Shown here: piece by piece, positions 25,524 to 37,827 of the stretch
Numbering within the stretch: position 1 is the first letter of the stretch
How the letters are laid out: the number at the start of each line of letters is the position of its first letter
Assembly (NCBI RefSeq): GCF_036321535.1
Contig: NC_087437.1
Coordinates: forward strand, 117,120,001-117,184,000
Direction of reading: 5' to 3'
From: Camelus dromedarius
Taxonomy: Eukaryota
DNA length: 64,000 nt
Translations under genes and position numbers: made by a program
Notes under the pieces: generated by a model
The model's database searches: none
Seen by the model: the letters and a program-made list of their open reading frames with translations, nothing else
What the model was told of the DNA's origin: nothing

Positions 25524-26309
25524 CATCTATTAGATTCCTCTTGCTTGCAGAAGAGTGACAGTTTCTGTCCTAACTCCAAATTATTAGGTAAACAGTAGAT
25601 AGATCTTCTGAATAGTTGTACTGTAAAATTCAAACATGATTAGCATGGGGAGAACATGTTCTTCTAGCCAGTAGGCAAACATACCCTGCCAAAATCAACT
25701 CTACCTTCTCAACGTCTGATTCAAAGGGCAAATATTTCTCCATGGCTACCCTGTGATCTAAATTTAGATGCTTCAGCAAAAGTATCCACACTTAAAAAAA
25801 ATATTTATTTCAAGATTCCAAACAAATGCCACACCGAGTTTAACAACGTCAAAGCACAAGCACAACAGTCTTTTATTAACCAAGTGATGCTCTTCTTTGA
25901 CTGTTGTTTTGCACTTTTCCACTTCAAATTTTTATCTTGACATTCTCAGGCCTATAGAAAAGTTGAAAGACTGGTACAAAGAAATCTTAAATGTCCTTCA
26001 TGGAGTTCACCAATTGTGCCACATTTGCTTTGATTCATTTGTTTATCTGACACATTTGAAATCAAGTTGTACACATTATGACTTTTCACCTCAGGTAATT
26101 TAATATGCCCCTACTAAGAATAAGGACACAGTCGTACATAATCACAGTACCATGATGACCCCCAAGAAAATGCAATAATTTTTCAAGGTTATCTTCTTGG
26201 CAGCATATATTCAAATCTCTCCAATTGTTGAAAATTGCCAATTTGTATATTATGAACAATGCTATTTAACATTTTTTGATATCTATAAAATCCACCTAAC
26301 TTAAGAATA

Positions 26310-26730
26310 TAATATAAACATTTCTCCTAGACCTTCTATAGTTTTAGGTTTTACATTTAAATTTATTTTCCATTTTGGGCTATTTTTTACATACAATGTG
26401 AGGTGTTTTAGTGTATGGATATCCAATTGTAGCACCAGTTTTGAAGACTATTTTTCTGCATAAATTTCCTTTGCACCTTCATTGCAGATCAATTGGCCAT
26501 ATCTGTATGAGTCTCTTTCTGGCTTCTCTACTCTGTTCCATTGATCTCGGTGTCTGTCCTTTCACAAATACCACACTGTCTCAATTATGACAATTTACTA
26601 TAGGAAGTCTTGAAGTCAGGTAATGTAAACCCTCCAACTTTGTTTTTTTATTTCCCAAGTGGTTTTCATTATTTTACTTCCTTTGCTTTTATATACAATT
26701 TTTAGAAGCAACCTGTCAATTTCTACAAAA
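26310..26730 (-). mobile_element. Old L1 ORF2 fragment
   Basis: GGATATCCAATTG..CACCA, CTCTGTTCCATTGATCT, CCTCCAACTTTGTT L1 ORF2 signatures. Confidence 0.65.
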
Positions 26731-26874
26731 AAAAAATCCCGCAAACATTTCTGCCATTAATAACCTTTGTCTTCCATCCTTGTGTTCTCTTGTGTTTATT
26801 TAGAGTAGGTACTAAAAAATGGCATTACAGGCACATGAGAAATAATACATTTCAACTTACAAAGTACTGCTGAA

Positions 26875-27105
26875 AAAAATTTTTTAATTAAAAAAAAACA
26901 AAAATAAAAATGAACAAAAATAAACAACCCCCCAAAATAGAAAAACAAAAAATGAAGAAAAAACAAACAAAAAACAAGAAAAATTGTTTAAAAAAAAACA
27001 AAAGAGAAAAGAGGAGGGTGGGGGTATAGCTCAGTGGTAAATCACGTGCTTAGCATGCGCAAGGTCCCAGGTTCAATCCCCAGTACCTCCATTAAGAGAG
27101 GGAAA
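26875..27105 (+). mobile_element. tRNA-Ala-derived SINE preceded by about 140 nt of A-rich sequence inside the same TSD
   Basis: AAAGTACTGCTGAA at 26861-26874 and 27106-27119; head at about 27016-27092. Confidence 0.85.
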
Positions 27106-27619
27106 AAAGTACTGCTGAATTCCTCAGTCAATTCTTAAAACTTCTAGAATGGAGATAAATATAATCAAAGTCATTTCCCAGAGTCTCAAAGATCTAAAAG
27201 CATAGCATGTTTGGACAGGTGTTTTAAATACACGTAATTTAGGACATGTCTCTGCCAAGCCTGTTTGAGTAACACTAATCTCCCATTTGTTTCACTCAAT
27301 AAGTTGTTGCGTGTCTATAATGTGTGGTTCTAAGCTCGGAGGATGAAGAGGTGTGGAAAGCAGACAGGTTCCCACCTGGTAGTAAGGAGTGTGTATTCTC
27401 ACTGTCGTGAACTCAGGTGCTCTGAACAGTGCCTCATTCGTCACAGGAATTCAACACAGGCTCTTGCTGTCCTCACTTTGAACACAATAGCCCTTCCTGG
27501 TTTACTGGTTGAAACAAATAGTTTCCCTACTAATAAGAGCCACATTTTTACCTTTCTAAAAATACACCACTGTCTCCAACTTAGTCCATAATGACAGAAA
27601 CTCAGGAACTCAAAATTGT

Positions 27620-28375
27620 ATCATGTTTATCTGAGAGAAATTAAAATGTGTCCACAAAAAAAAACCCTTTGTACCAAACGGGTCACTGCAGCTTTACTCA
27701 TAAGAGCCAGCGAATAGAAACAGCCCAGCTGTCCATCAATAGGAAAATGGATAAACAAATTGTGGTCTTCTCATATATTGGATTTCTGCTCAATAGTAAA
27801 AAGTAATGAACAGCTGGGGCATGCAATAACATGGATGCCTCTCAACAACAGTCCTCTGAGTGAAGGAAGCCTGTTACAAGAGTGCACATCACATGGTTCC
27901 ATTTATGTGAAGTTCTGAAAGAGGCACAGCTGATCTGCTGTGGACGAGGGAAGGCCATGAGGGGACCTCAGGGGTGACGGTGATTTTCTTTTTCTTGATA
28001 AGAATTTGGGTTACACAGCTGTGTCTCAGCAGTACACCTGTGATTTGTACATTTCATCAGATGCAAATTTAACCTCAAAAGAAAAAAATAGAACTGTAAA
28101 CAAATCTTGAACTCTCATTTAATAATGTACATGCTGAAATATTAGGGGGAAGTGTACTGATGTCTGCAACTTACCCTGAGATAAATGAAAAAAATAAGAT
28201 GAATTGTTGTGTGGAGGGAGGGACGGGTAGATGGACATAAAGATATGGAATAAAGCAAGGATAGTGAAAATATAAATTGTGGAATCTAGGTGGTGGGTAC
28301 ATGGACGTTCTCTATAAGATTGTCAACTTTTCTGTATATCTGAAAATTTCATAATAACATGTTGTGACAAAAATT
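27620..28375 (+). mobile_element. Old L1 (L1M) 3' end
   Basis: TGTCCATCAATAGGAAAATGGATAAACAAATTGTGG signature. Confidence 0.65.
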
Positions 28376-28460
28376 GTACCACACATTGGGGAAATATAAC
28401 TGAACTTTTATTGTAAGGTTAACATTTAGCCAGATGAAACTGAGTTCAAATTCTAGCCAT

Positions 28461-28857
28461 GCAGTGGAATCTAAAGAAAGGACACAAATGATCTTATTTA
28501 CAAAACAGAAACAGATTCACAGACATAGAAAACAAATTTATGGTTATCAAAGGGGAGAGGGGTGGGGGAGGGATAAATCAGGAAGTTGGGTTTAGCAGAT
28601 ACACACTACTATATACAAAATAGATAAACAACAAGGTCCTACTGTACAGCACAGGGACCTATATTCAGTAGCTTGTAATAACCTATAATGGAAAAGAATC
28701 TGAAAAAGAACGTGTATGTATAGGTGTAACAGAATCCCTGTGCTGTACATTAGAGGCTAACACAATATTGGAAATCAACTATACTTCAATTTTAAAATTA
28801 ATTAATTAATTAATAGAATAAAATAAATAAAAGAATAGAATAAAAAATCAGAAAAAG
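28461..28857 (+). mobile_element. 5'-truncated L1 3' end with TSD
   Basis: Same family as 15100-15480; flanks AAAT(T/C)CTAGCCAT at 28448-28460 and 28858-28870; A-rich tail. Confidence 0.85.
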
Positions 28858-29295
28858 AAATCCTAGCCATCCAGCTCCCTACCGAGTTTAATCTGTACCG
28901 GCTACGGTTTTCTCAGCTGCTATGCGGACATGGTTCTTCTTTTGCAGGGTTTTGTGAGAACCACATCAGGCAGTACACTTAGAGTATATTAAAGACACGG
29001 CAGGTGAACAACGAATGGGAGCCTTTATACTGTCATTGGTGACTTTAACGTAAGAGTTCAAAGAAGATAGCCCTCGATGTGGACCGCAAAAATCTAAGGA
29101 GGCTTCCTGGGGTGGGGGTGATTTTACACGAAGAGTAGAATTCAGACCGAGCAAATCAAGTGCTTTCCTGGTGGGAGAAAAAGCCTGAGGAAAGACCTAG
29201 AAACAAGAATGAGGTCACCAGGGCAAACCTGGTGAGGAGAGAAGACTCTGTATTTTGTTTCCTTCAAAATAAAATTAGAATATCTGCATATGTCA

Positions 29296-29429
29296 GGGGA
29301 GGGTATAGCTCAGAGGTAGAGTGTGTGCTTGGCATGCATGAGGTCCTGGGTTCAATCCCCAGTACCTCTATTAAAAATAAATAAATAAACCTAATCACAC
29401 CCCCTGCCAAAAAAACAAATTATAGAAGT
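29296..29429 (+). mobile_element. tRNA-Ala-derived SINE
   Basis: Complete head and tail; ATATCTGCATATGT at 29280-29293 and 29430-29443. Confidence 0.92.
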
Positions 29430-29887
29430 ATATCTGCATATGTGAATCTCCAGATAAAGGAAGACTTGTTGCACAATTTACCCTGTCCCCCTTGAATCCT
29501 TTTAGGGGCAGGGTCTTTAAATACTGCAGTGAAGACAATTTTCAGTTCTGTTGTTTGAGAGTAGACTGTTACTGTCTACCGCCTTATAACTTTCTTGAAA
29601 CAAAGTTTCATCCTCTTTACCTTTTCTGCTAGAAGATGCATTGGTTAACTGGACCTGGCAAGAACTGAAGCTGTCAACCAGAGCCCTTTGTCTACTGGGG
29701 CTAAAACTCCAGGCCTACCCCCTGCTAAACATGTAGACTAAAGAAATGCCAGAGGAAAGGTGCCCTGAGAGGGAGACCCATCAAAGCACCCGAATCTGAG
29801 CCTCCCGCCGCCCGCCTTCACTGCGCTCTCCAAGGTGCAAACCATCACCCCTCTCGGCCTCCTGCATGGCCTCGCTTCCGCTTTTGT

Positions 29888-30285
29888 TCTGTGTTGTTGG
29901 CAGATGACGGCCCACGAAGGAGTCCACATCCAGATCCCTGGAATCTGTGACTTTGTTATCCTTACACGACAAAATGGATTTGCAGGTGGGATTAAGGACT
30001 TGAGACGGGGAAATTCAGGAGGCAGGAGGGTCAGAGGTGGAGAAAGCGATGTGACAACAGAAACAGTGCACAAGGTGATGCACTTGTTGGAGGGGGTGGT
30101 ACACAAGCCGAGGAAGGCAGGCGACCCCCAGAAGCTGGAAAAGTCGAGGAAACAGAGCCTCCCCTAGAGTCTCCAGAAGGAACGTAGTCCTGCTGACACC
30201 TTGGTTTTAGCCCCGTGAGACGCGGCTCAGACTTCTGTCCTCCAGAACTGTAAGATGATAAACTTGTGTTGTTTTAAGGCACCAG
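29888..30285 (+). mobile_element. MLT1-type MaLR LTR
   Basis: CCAGAAGGAAC..CCTGCTGACACCTTGGTTTTAGCCC..GACTTCTG..CCAGAACTGTAAGA. Confidence 0.75.
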
Positions 30286-31170
30286 GTTCCAGTAGCCAGA
30301 GGTAGCTTTCAGAACTGTCAGCCAGAGCTCACTGGTTGATTCCTTGTTCACAACGCTTTCCCACTGTACCCACAATAAAACCCAAATCGTCTTTTGTGAT
30401 CTGTCTCCTACGTACCTATTTTTCCCAGCCCCTCCTGCTCTTCCTAACCCTGCTTCTGCCTGCCTTTACTTCCTTCATTAAACCCAGCTCATGTCTACCT
30501 CAGGGCCTTTGCATTTGCTATTCTTGCTGTTTCTTCTGATCAGAATGCTCAACCTGCAGACCTTCACATGGGGGGATCCTTTCCTCTATTTGTATCTCTT
30601 CAGAGATGACATCGTCCCCGAGCAATTTTCCCTAAACACACTATGCTAAATAACATCACTCCATTTTCTAGTTTCTTACCCTCTTTTTGTTGTCTTCATA
30701 ACATGGCTTCCTGAAATTATCTCATGTACATAGTTTTAATTTGTCTCCTGCTGGTCTTCTCAGTCAGGTGTAAGCTGAAGAGGACTGGGAGCTTGCCTGC
30801 TCACTGAAGAATCTCACAGCCTTGGCGGGCACAGGGGGTCACCCTCACAGCTCCATGTTGCATGAGTGCACAGACTGCCTCCCCCATCCTGCACCAGTTT
30901 TACCAGGGAACCCCCCACTGATAAATCACTTTTCATGCCATTTGAGAAAAGACATAGGGTCACTCATTATTTTATTTCCAGGTCTTCCTGGCAGAGCTGG
31001 GGATAAATTGGCAAATAGCCCCCAAAGCAGTCACAAATTAAATAAAAAAGAACCCCCATTCAAAAATACCTCCCCAACATCGAGTAGCTGGAGATTTTTC
31101 GATATTTTCAACTTACAGTGGGTTTATCGTGACATAACCCTATCTTCAGTCAAAGAAGAGACAGCATAGG

Positions 31171-31289
31171 TGGGGCAGGGGGACAGCTCAGTGGTAGAGT
31201 GTGTGCTTAGCATGCATGAGATCCTGGGTTCCATTCCCAGTACCTCCATTAAAAAACAAAATCCTAACTACCTGCCCTCTCCAAAAAAA
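31171..31289 (+). mobile_element. tRNA-Ala-derived SINE
   Basis: Head plus CTAACTACCT/A tail. Confidence 0.88.
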
Positions 31290-34200
31290 ATGGACTCTTC
31301 TTAGGAACATCATGTTCCTCATTTATTCAGATCTCTTATGTCCTCCGGTCAAGTCTTTGTAGAGAAAAATGCTCATTTTTGATGCTGACCAAGACCCATT
31401 CTGAGTCCAGAAGTTCAGAAAAGCGGTGTGCTCCCTTGCTAAGTATCCAGGCTCTGTGTATCCTGATATCTAAAAAATCACTTCATTCATATTAGTTCAG
31501 TTAAATAGTTGTATTTAATATTTAGTTCACTTTGACTTCAAAGATAAATGAAATAAGAAGTGAAGCAGAAAGCGAGAAGACATGCTGCAGTAGTTAAGAC
31601 TGCCTTTAAATACATTTCTTGGGAAAAACCCAATCAGCACTGGTGGAAATTATAATCTTGCACATTTTAATATGCAGCCACTTCCTTAGACAGACACATC
31701 GAAGCATGCAAGGTTTTCAGCTTTTCTTCTCTATGAATCATGCGTAACAGATTAGTTCAGAAATTTTCATACATAACTTGAATATATCATTAGTTTTCAT
31801 ACATTTTTCAACTTGAATTTTCTAAAGTGCTTTCAGAGATAAAATGTAATATTAACATAATTTGCAGTTATGAATTAAACCTAAAACGCAACAGTAATAA
31901 GGATGTAAGGAAACGCTGAAAGACTTAACAAATGCTGTATTCTAGTAAGATACTGCAGCCAGATCTTATGAGCAAGCTTTCTCGTTTATCATGCTCAACT
32001 TGACGCCGGTTAAATCAAATGTATTTTCTAAGGCTTTTCTCAACAACATATATCGTTGTAAAAGGGGACAGGCCCACCAGGAATCTAGTTACCGCACGCT
32101 CTGAAAATCACGGAGGAATAGTATCAGACACCTTACTGGGCGCTGTGTGCAGGGACTGCTTTAGCTCCTTGCACCCCTGAGAAAGGCATGATTACCCCTC
32201 AGTTAAGCCCTGTTACCAGTCTTGTGCCCCTTCCATTGCGGGGTCATGTCATCTACAAGCAAGATGGCAGTGGAGCCGCGGTAACCATCCTTGATCAGAT
32301 CTGCATGTGCCCCACGTGGAGACTGTCCCTAGCATCCTTGAGCTGGGGTTCCTTCTCCCCAATAACTTTCTAATGACATGGTACATTTCCATGCCCTTGA
32401 AAATTTCAAAATACTCGTTTACTTTCTTTAAATGGATGTGGAATCAGCATCTGGAAGGTAACACACTGATTCTAAAAGTGGAACTGACCACATTGGATTT
32501 TTTGGGAAAAATAGCAGCTTCTTGTTAAATTGAATCTAAATCTAACCCTGACAAAACATGTACAACTTCAAAGATAAATTAACAATTTTTTTTACCAAAG
32601 TAGACATTCGTTTCCTGTGATTCTGTTCAGTTTTAATTTCCTATTTACAGGTATTATTTTTAAAATATGCATTTTCATTTGCTTCAAAATGATAAGGATG
32701 GGCTAGATTGGCAATGGTTTGATGGCTCTGGGGACTGGTTGACTGGAACATGGGGGTTTAGTATACTGTACTGCTTCTGAATGTGGGTAAAATTACCCCT
32801 AACTCAGAGGGAAAAAACCCAAACTGCCAAATCATGGCATAGCCACACAATAAACTATTAAGCAAACATTAAAATATTTTACAAATAAAGAAAACTGCAA
32901 ATGTGTATGAAAAAAATGAACATGTTTAAAATTATTAATTTTAGCTCCTGGGATTAAATGATTTCACTTTACATTTATTTTTCAGGTTTTTAAAAAACAT
33001 AAACCTAAACATTCATGATCTGAAAACCAATTTGTTACCGAGCTGCAACCCATTATCTTTTTAAGACTCTTCATCAACCACTTTATATGTTTTTATTTTT
33101 TAATTTTTTTCCGTATATATATTTTTTTCATCACCTACTTAAGCTTAATGTTTTGAAATTCTGAACTGTCTTGCAATTAAGTATTTTTACTGCACACTCA
33201 TGGAACAACTGTGGATTGTCATAGGCAGATAATATATGGAATGTGTCCATAAGGATTAATAGAAATATCCCATATTTTAGTTTCACAGTGCTTGTTATAA
33301 TGGGAAAAAATGTCTAAACATCTGACAAATTATGTTCTTGAAATAAAATACTGTGCAGTGCTTACAAATGGAAGTATACTCATTGACCTAGGGGAAAGTT
33401 CACAGTTGAGAAAGATTACAAAATAAAATATATGACACCAATTTCATAAATTCATACAAGCATAGAAAAGAATCTGAGAAAAAAGCATCTTAATTAGTAG
33501 TCTAGTGAGTGAATTATAATTTTGGATGTTTTTAGCTTTTTTGTGTTCGAGTATTTCCCCCAGTATGAATGGCTCCTGTACTAATATTACACACACAATT
33601 TCTCCTCCCTGCACTTGCCTAATGCCCCGAATTCCTGTCCGCGTCCCCACACTTCTACACACTTCCCCTACACTCCTACAACAATCTTTTCTCTTCTCTG
33701 GGGTTCCACCATCATCAGGTATCTCTGAATCAGGTACCAGGTTCTGTGCCTTACGTCTTGTGATTAATCCGCAATTAAAAGGTCAAATTCAACCTCTGAC
33801 AAGCCGAGAGAATGCAGGGTTCTTGCTAACTGGTTTTTCTAGTTAACTAATGAGATTGTCTGATTTGTTAGCATCATTACTAAACAGTTATGTTCCTTGT
33901 CCCTCCAGGATGTCTGGTACCTACTTGACCGTTTCTAACACAGCTCTCATTGTTCAGAACTAGTTGTTGAAAAGGCAAAAGATTAACTTTTTCTAAGTAC
34001 TGATCCCAGAAAAGATGCCTCAACATCGTTGACTTTTTAAAAGAAGTAATTGTTTTCTGACAGCTGAGAACATCCAGTTGAAGGTTCATTTTATTATAAA
34101 AGGATAATGCTTAAGGCAAGTACGTCATTCCAATTTTCTACAAAAAAAAAAAAAAAAAAGGAATCTTTTAGGTATCAATCTAAAAGTCAAAAATCCCTGT

Positions 34201-35285
34201 TGTGCTATTTTTTAAGAAAAAATTTAATAAATCTCTTTAAACGTACTGCTAGCAGTAAGCTCAGAATAAGATAATCTTTGTGACTGTAAACACTCCTCAC
34301 AAACCTAGTGGTGGGATGCTTGGGCAGCGCACACACTGCCAGTTGGGTTACAAGGTTTAAAATTCATTATTTTTTACCCATTTTTTTTTTTTTTGTGGGT
34401 GGGGGGGGACATACTTTTAACTGCTACAAATAATTGCTAGAAATCCTGGTACCAAAAAATTGCATGAAGTATCCAAACACACAGCAAATACTCCAGATCC
34501 GTGTTTAAATTTTCATATTCACTGACCTATTCCTCCAAAACTTAGAAACTAAAGGAAAATCTGTGTATCAGTTTCAGGCCCTCTACAGCCTCATGACCAC
34601 CCAGCACTTCCCTATTCCCCAAGGGTTGCCGAAGCCTCCCTCTGGGTGTCAGTTCAATCCAAATGAACATCTTCGCATTTTTTTCTGCAGTGTCACGTTT
34701 CAGATGCCACGCTTCCCGTGAACTCTGCTCGCCTCGGTCACTGCAGTGGCTCACCGTCCTTGCAGAGTTCTATGACCCCCTAGGACTCATCTTTGTACAC
34801 GCCAATTACTTCCAGGGTAGACATCTGAACTTTGTTCCAAGGCCTCCCCTCTTTAGCGGTAACCGAGGTAAGCTGCCACCTCTGGCCCATTTCTCCATTT
34901 GCCAAATCAGGTGTCCACCACCATCTCTAAAGACTACTTAGGTGGCAAAAGGGAAGTGTAACACACACAAAAACAAGTCTCAAAAAAACAGTATGCAAAT
35001 ACAACCCCAGCAGATCTAGTTCTAGCTTACTCAGTATTTATAAACTCACCTCATATGGAGAATGAATAATTACGTAACTTTGCTTTAGAGGACACTGAAT
35101 TGATTTCCCATTAAAACAGGTTAGTCCCACAAACATCTTCAAAGTACACTGTAGAAGTATTGTAGAAAAATGAGTATGTCACTCTTCCAAAATTTTGGGG
35201 AAAAACAAATGTGGAAATTCTTTAAAATAAAATTTACACCAGAACTTAATTCATGTGCTTCAAGAAATTCTTTCACAACTGAGAT

Positions 35286-35291
35286 TTTATT
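35286..35291 (-). terminator. HMGN1: HMGN1 polyadenylation signal (AATAAA), 3' UTR about 0.8 kb
   Basis: tttatt on + strand about 790 nt after the stop; flanks resemble the recalled HMGN1 mRNA end. Confidence 0.75.
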
Positions 35292-36078
35292 GGTTGTTTT
35301 GAAGATCAGTACAGACATTTCAATTTGTACACAATTCTTAACACACATACCAAAAATCTAAAATAATCATGTAGTTGTGATTCTTTTCCAAACAGTTATT
35401 CCAGTGACTTTCCAGCTGAAAATTTGGAAACAAATTTTCCTTAACAGGATATCAAGTACCAGTATCATCCAATGTTGATATGCTGTTACATCGTAAGTCC
35501 CACCAATTCACAATTTAATATCATATACACTACACACTCAAATTTTCAATCGTTCACAGCACATTAACAAAGTTACTAGGAAACTGGACTACCACGACCA
35601 AAGATGTTACAGAGTGCACAAAATTCCGACGAGGAGAGCCAAGATCAAGGAGTGGTTTGCTTTAGGAAACAATTCTACCAAAAACAACATGGGAAGAGAA
35701 GTAATTTAAAGTGTTCAAGACATTAAATGCACAACTGACTCCAAATTGCGATTTAATTATGCTCTCTGTATTATAGGATATAAAAACTACCCCCCATCTA
35801 TGGAATGTTAAGCTGACACTGAAGACAATCAAAGCCTCCCATATTCAATATCCCACTATTTTCTGGTTGTATCAAAAAATAAACAACCAGCAAATGATTT
35901 CACCTCTTAAAAAAAAGCATTTACACTTAAAAAATGGGATGAGGTGGGATTCCCTCCTTCTTAAAAATGTTTCTAGAGCTACTAAAAAACTTGCATTTAC
36001 AAAATAGTTGATAAAAATATTCCTCTGGATTGTACAAGAAGGGAGACAGGGACCACTGATAAGACCAGGTGTATGCTA

Positions 36079-36126
36079 TTAATCAGACTTGGCTTCTTTC
36101 TCTCCTGCTTCATCAGAGGCTGGGCT
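36079..36126 (-). CDS. HMGN1: HMGN1 exon 6 coding part (SPASDEAGEKEAKSD*)
   Basis: ttgcag acceptor, TAA at 36081-36079; exons total 306 nt = 101 aa plus stop. Confidence 0.97.
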   Translation of the reverse strand, partial: SPASDEAGEKEAKSD

Positions 36127-36246
36127 CTGCAAATCGAAGGAGAAATAGTGATCAAACATTTGACTTCTGTATCATTGCTATGTTAGGGATTTTAGCATTT
36201 AATACAATGTTAAGTTTTACTTAGTGTAACTATTGTCTTAGAAATA

Positions 36247-36828
36247 CATTCAATCCTCATTATTTGTAGATCCTGCACTTGTAAATTCGCCTACTCACTA
36301 ACGTTTATTTGTAACCCCTAAATCCATATTCATGACACTTCCACGGTCATGTGCAGATACCAGGCAGCAGAAAATGTGAGTCACCTGACACGTACATTCC
36401 CAGCGGAGGTTGTTCTGCTTTCTTGTTTCAGCTGTAATGCTGTAAACAAGTGTCCTGTGCACTATTTAGTGCCACACATTTCAGTTTTTGTGCTTTTGGT
36501 TGACAATGTGGACAAGTGTAGTGCTGTCTAGCACTGCTACATGCAAGAAAGCTGTGCTGTGCTGCGTGGAGAAAATAAATGTTGGACAGCTTCTTTTAGG
36601 CACGAGTTACAGTGCTGTTTCCGTTGGTCCTGAATTCAACATAACTTATCAAAAGCTTCTATTAAACAGAAACACACATAAAAGGTTATGGTCTGATCTG
36701 CTGACAGAATGTGATCAGAACATCAGAACATTTCAGGAATCAAACCCTGTATTTCTACTACGTGCAACTGCCCAATATTCAGAGCAACCTTACAGAACAG
36801 AGCCATCATGAATAAAGAGAATCAACTG
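36247..36828 (+). mobile_element. TcMar-Tigger non-autonomous element (MER82-like) in HMGN1 intron 5
   Basis: TA on both flanks; imperfect TIRs CATTCAATCCTCATTATT / AATAAAGAGAATCAACTG. Confidence 0.75.
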
Positions 36829-37698
36829 TAGTTTAACAAAAGATAACAGAAGCCAAATTCTCCACTTATAGCTGGATTAGTTCATGTCATCTTAATGTCA
36901 CATATTTGATGTGTGATTAGAACTAGAAATGAAAAGTAAACTGATTACAAATTTCACAGGAATAAATAGTTGATTACTTTAAAGTCTGATCTATGAATAT
37001 AAAAGTCTAAAAGTTAATACCCTAAATTATATTTTCTGGTTAGCAAATATAATGGTTTTTTAAAAAAAGGCTTGGCTTCATAAAGGTTAACCTTTTGCAG
37101 CCTTGCAAACGACTTATTTTTTAAGACAAGACCTCTTTTTCTCATAGCTTAAAAGGATAAAGATTGAGGACATCAATCTTTTTGTTTGATCTTAGTTACT
37201 ATTTAGTCCTACTTAAGTGGCTACTTCTAAGAAAAATAAACCTTCATTAAAAATGAAAGGGGGAAAAACATGGCAAATGAAGGAAATGGATTACAAAATT
37301 TTTTAAAAGCAATATCCAGAATATAAAAACCAAACAAGAGTAATAGTTCTATAGATGGCAATTTGAAAAAAAAAAAAAAAAAGACTAGAATATTTAACAA
37401 AACCCTGAGGTCATGTAAAAAAAGAAAAATGTGTTATACCATTTAGTAAAATACACACCAGGAATTAAATTAATAAATGCTGTGTACAATGTAGATGCTT
37501 AAAAAAGACATTTACATATATATATTTTCAAGTATGAACTCATAAAAAATCATCTGTCCACTCACTTGGGGTTACTATCCAGAAAAATGTTCAACATTAT
37601 AAAGGATAAACACTGCCTTGTCTGCTACATAAAAATATACAATTTATTACCCACTCTTCTGAGCCAAGGTTAATAACACAAACACACACACTCCTGAC

Positions 37699-37827
37699 CT
37701 CCTCATTTTTAGTTTCTCCGTTTTCTGCAGGTAAATCTTCTTTAGTCTCTTGGTTAGCCACTTCAGCCTGTTTTCCCTTTGCTCCCCTTTTCCCTTTTGT
37801 TTGCACTTTTTTGTCTGAAGATTTATC
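37699..37827 (-). CDS. HMGN1: HMGN1 exon 5 (DKSSDKKVQTKGKRGAKGKQAEVANQETKEDLPAENGETKNEE)
   Basis: tcatag acceptor, 129 nt, GAG|GTCAG donor; matches HMGN1. Confidence 0.97.
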
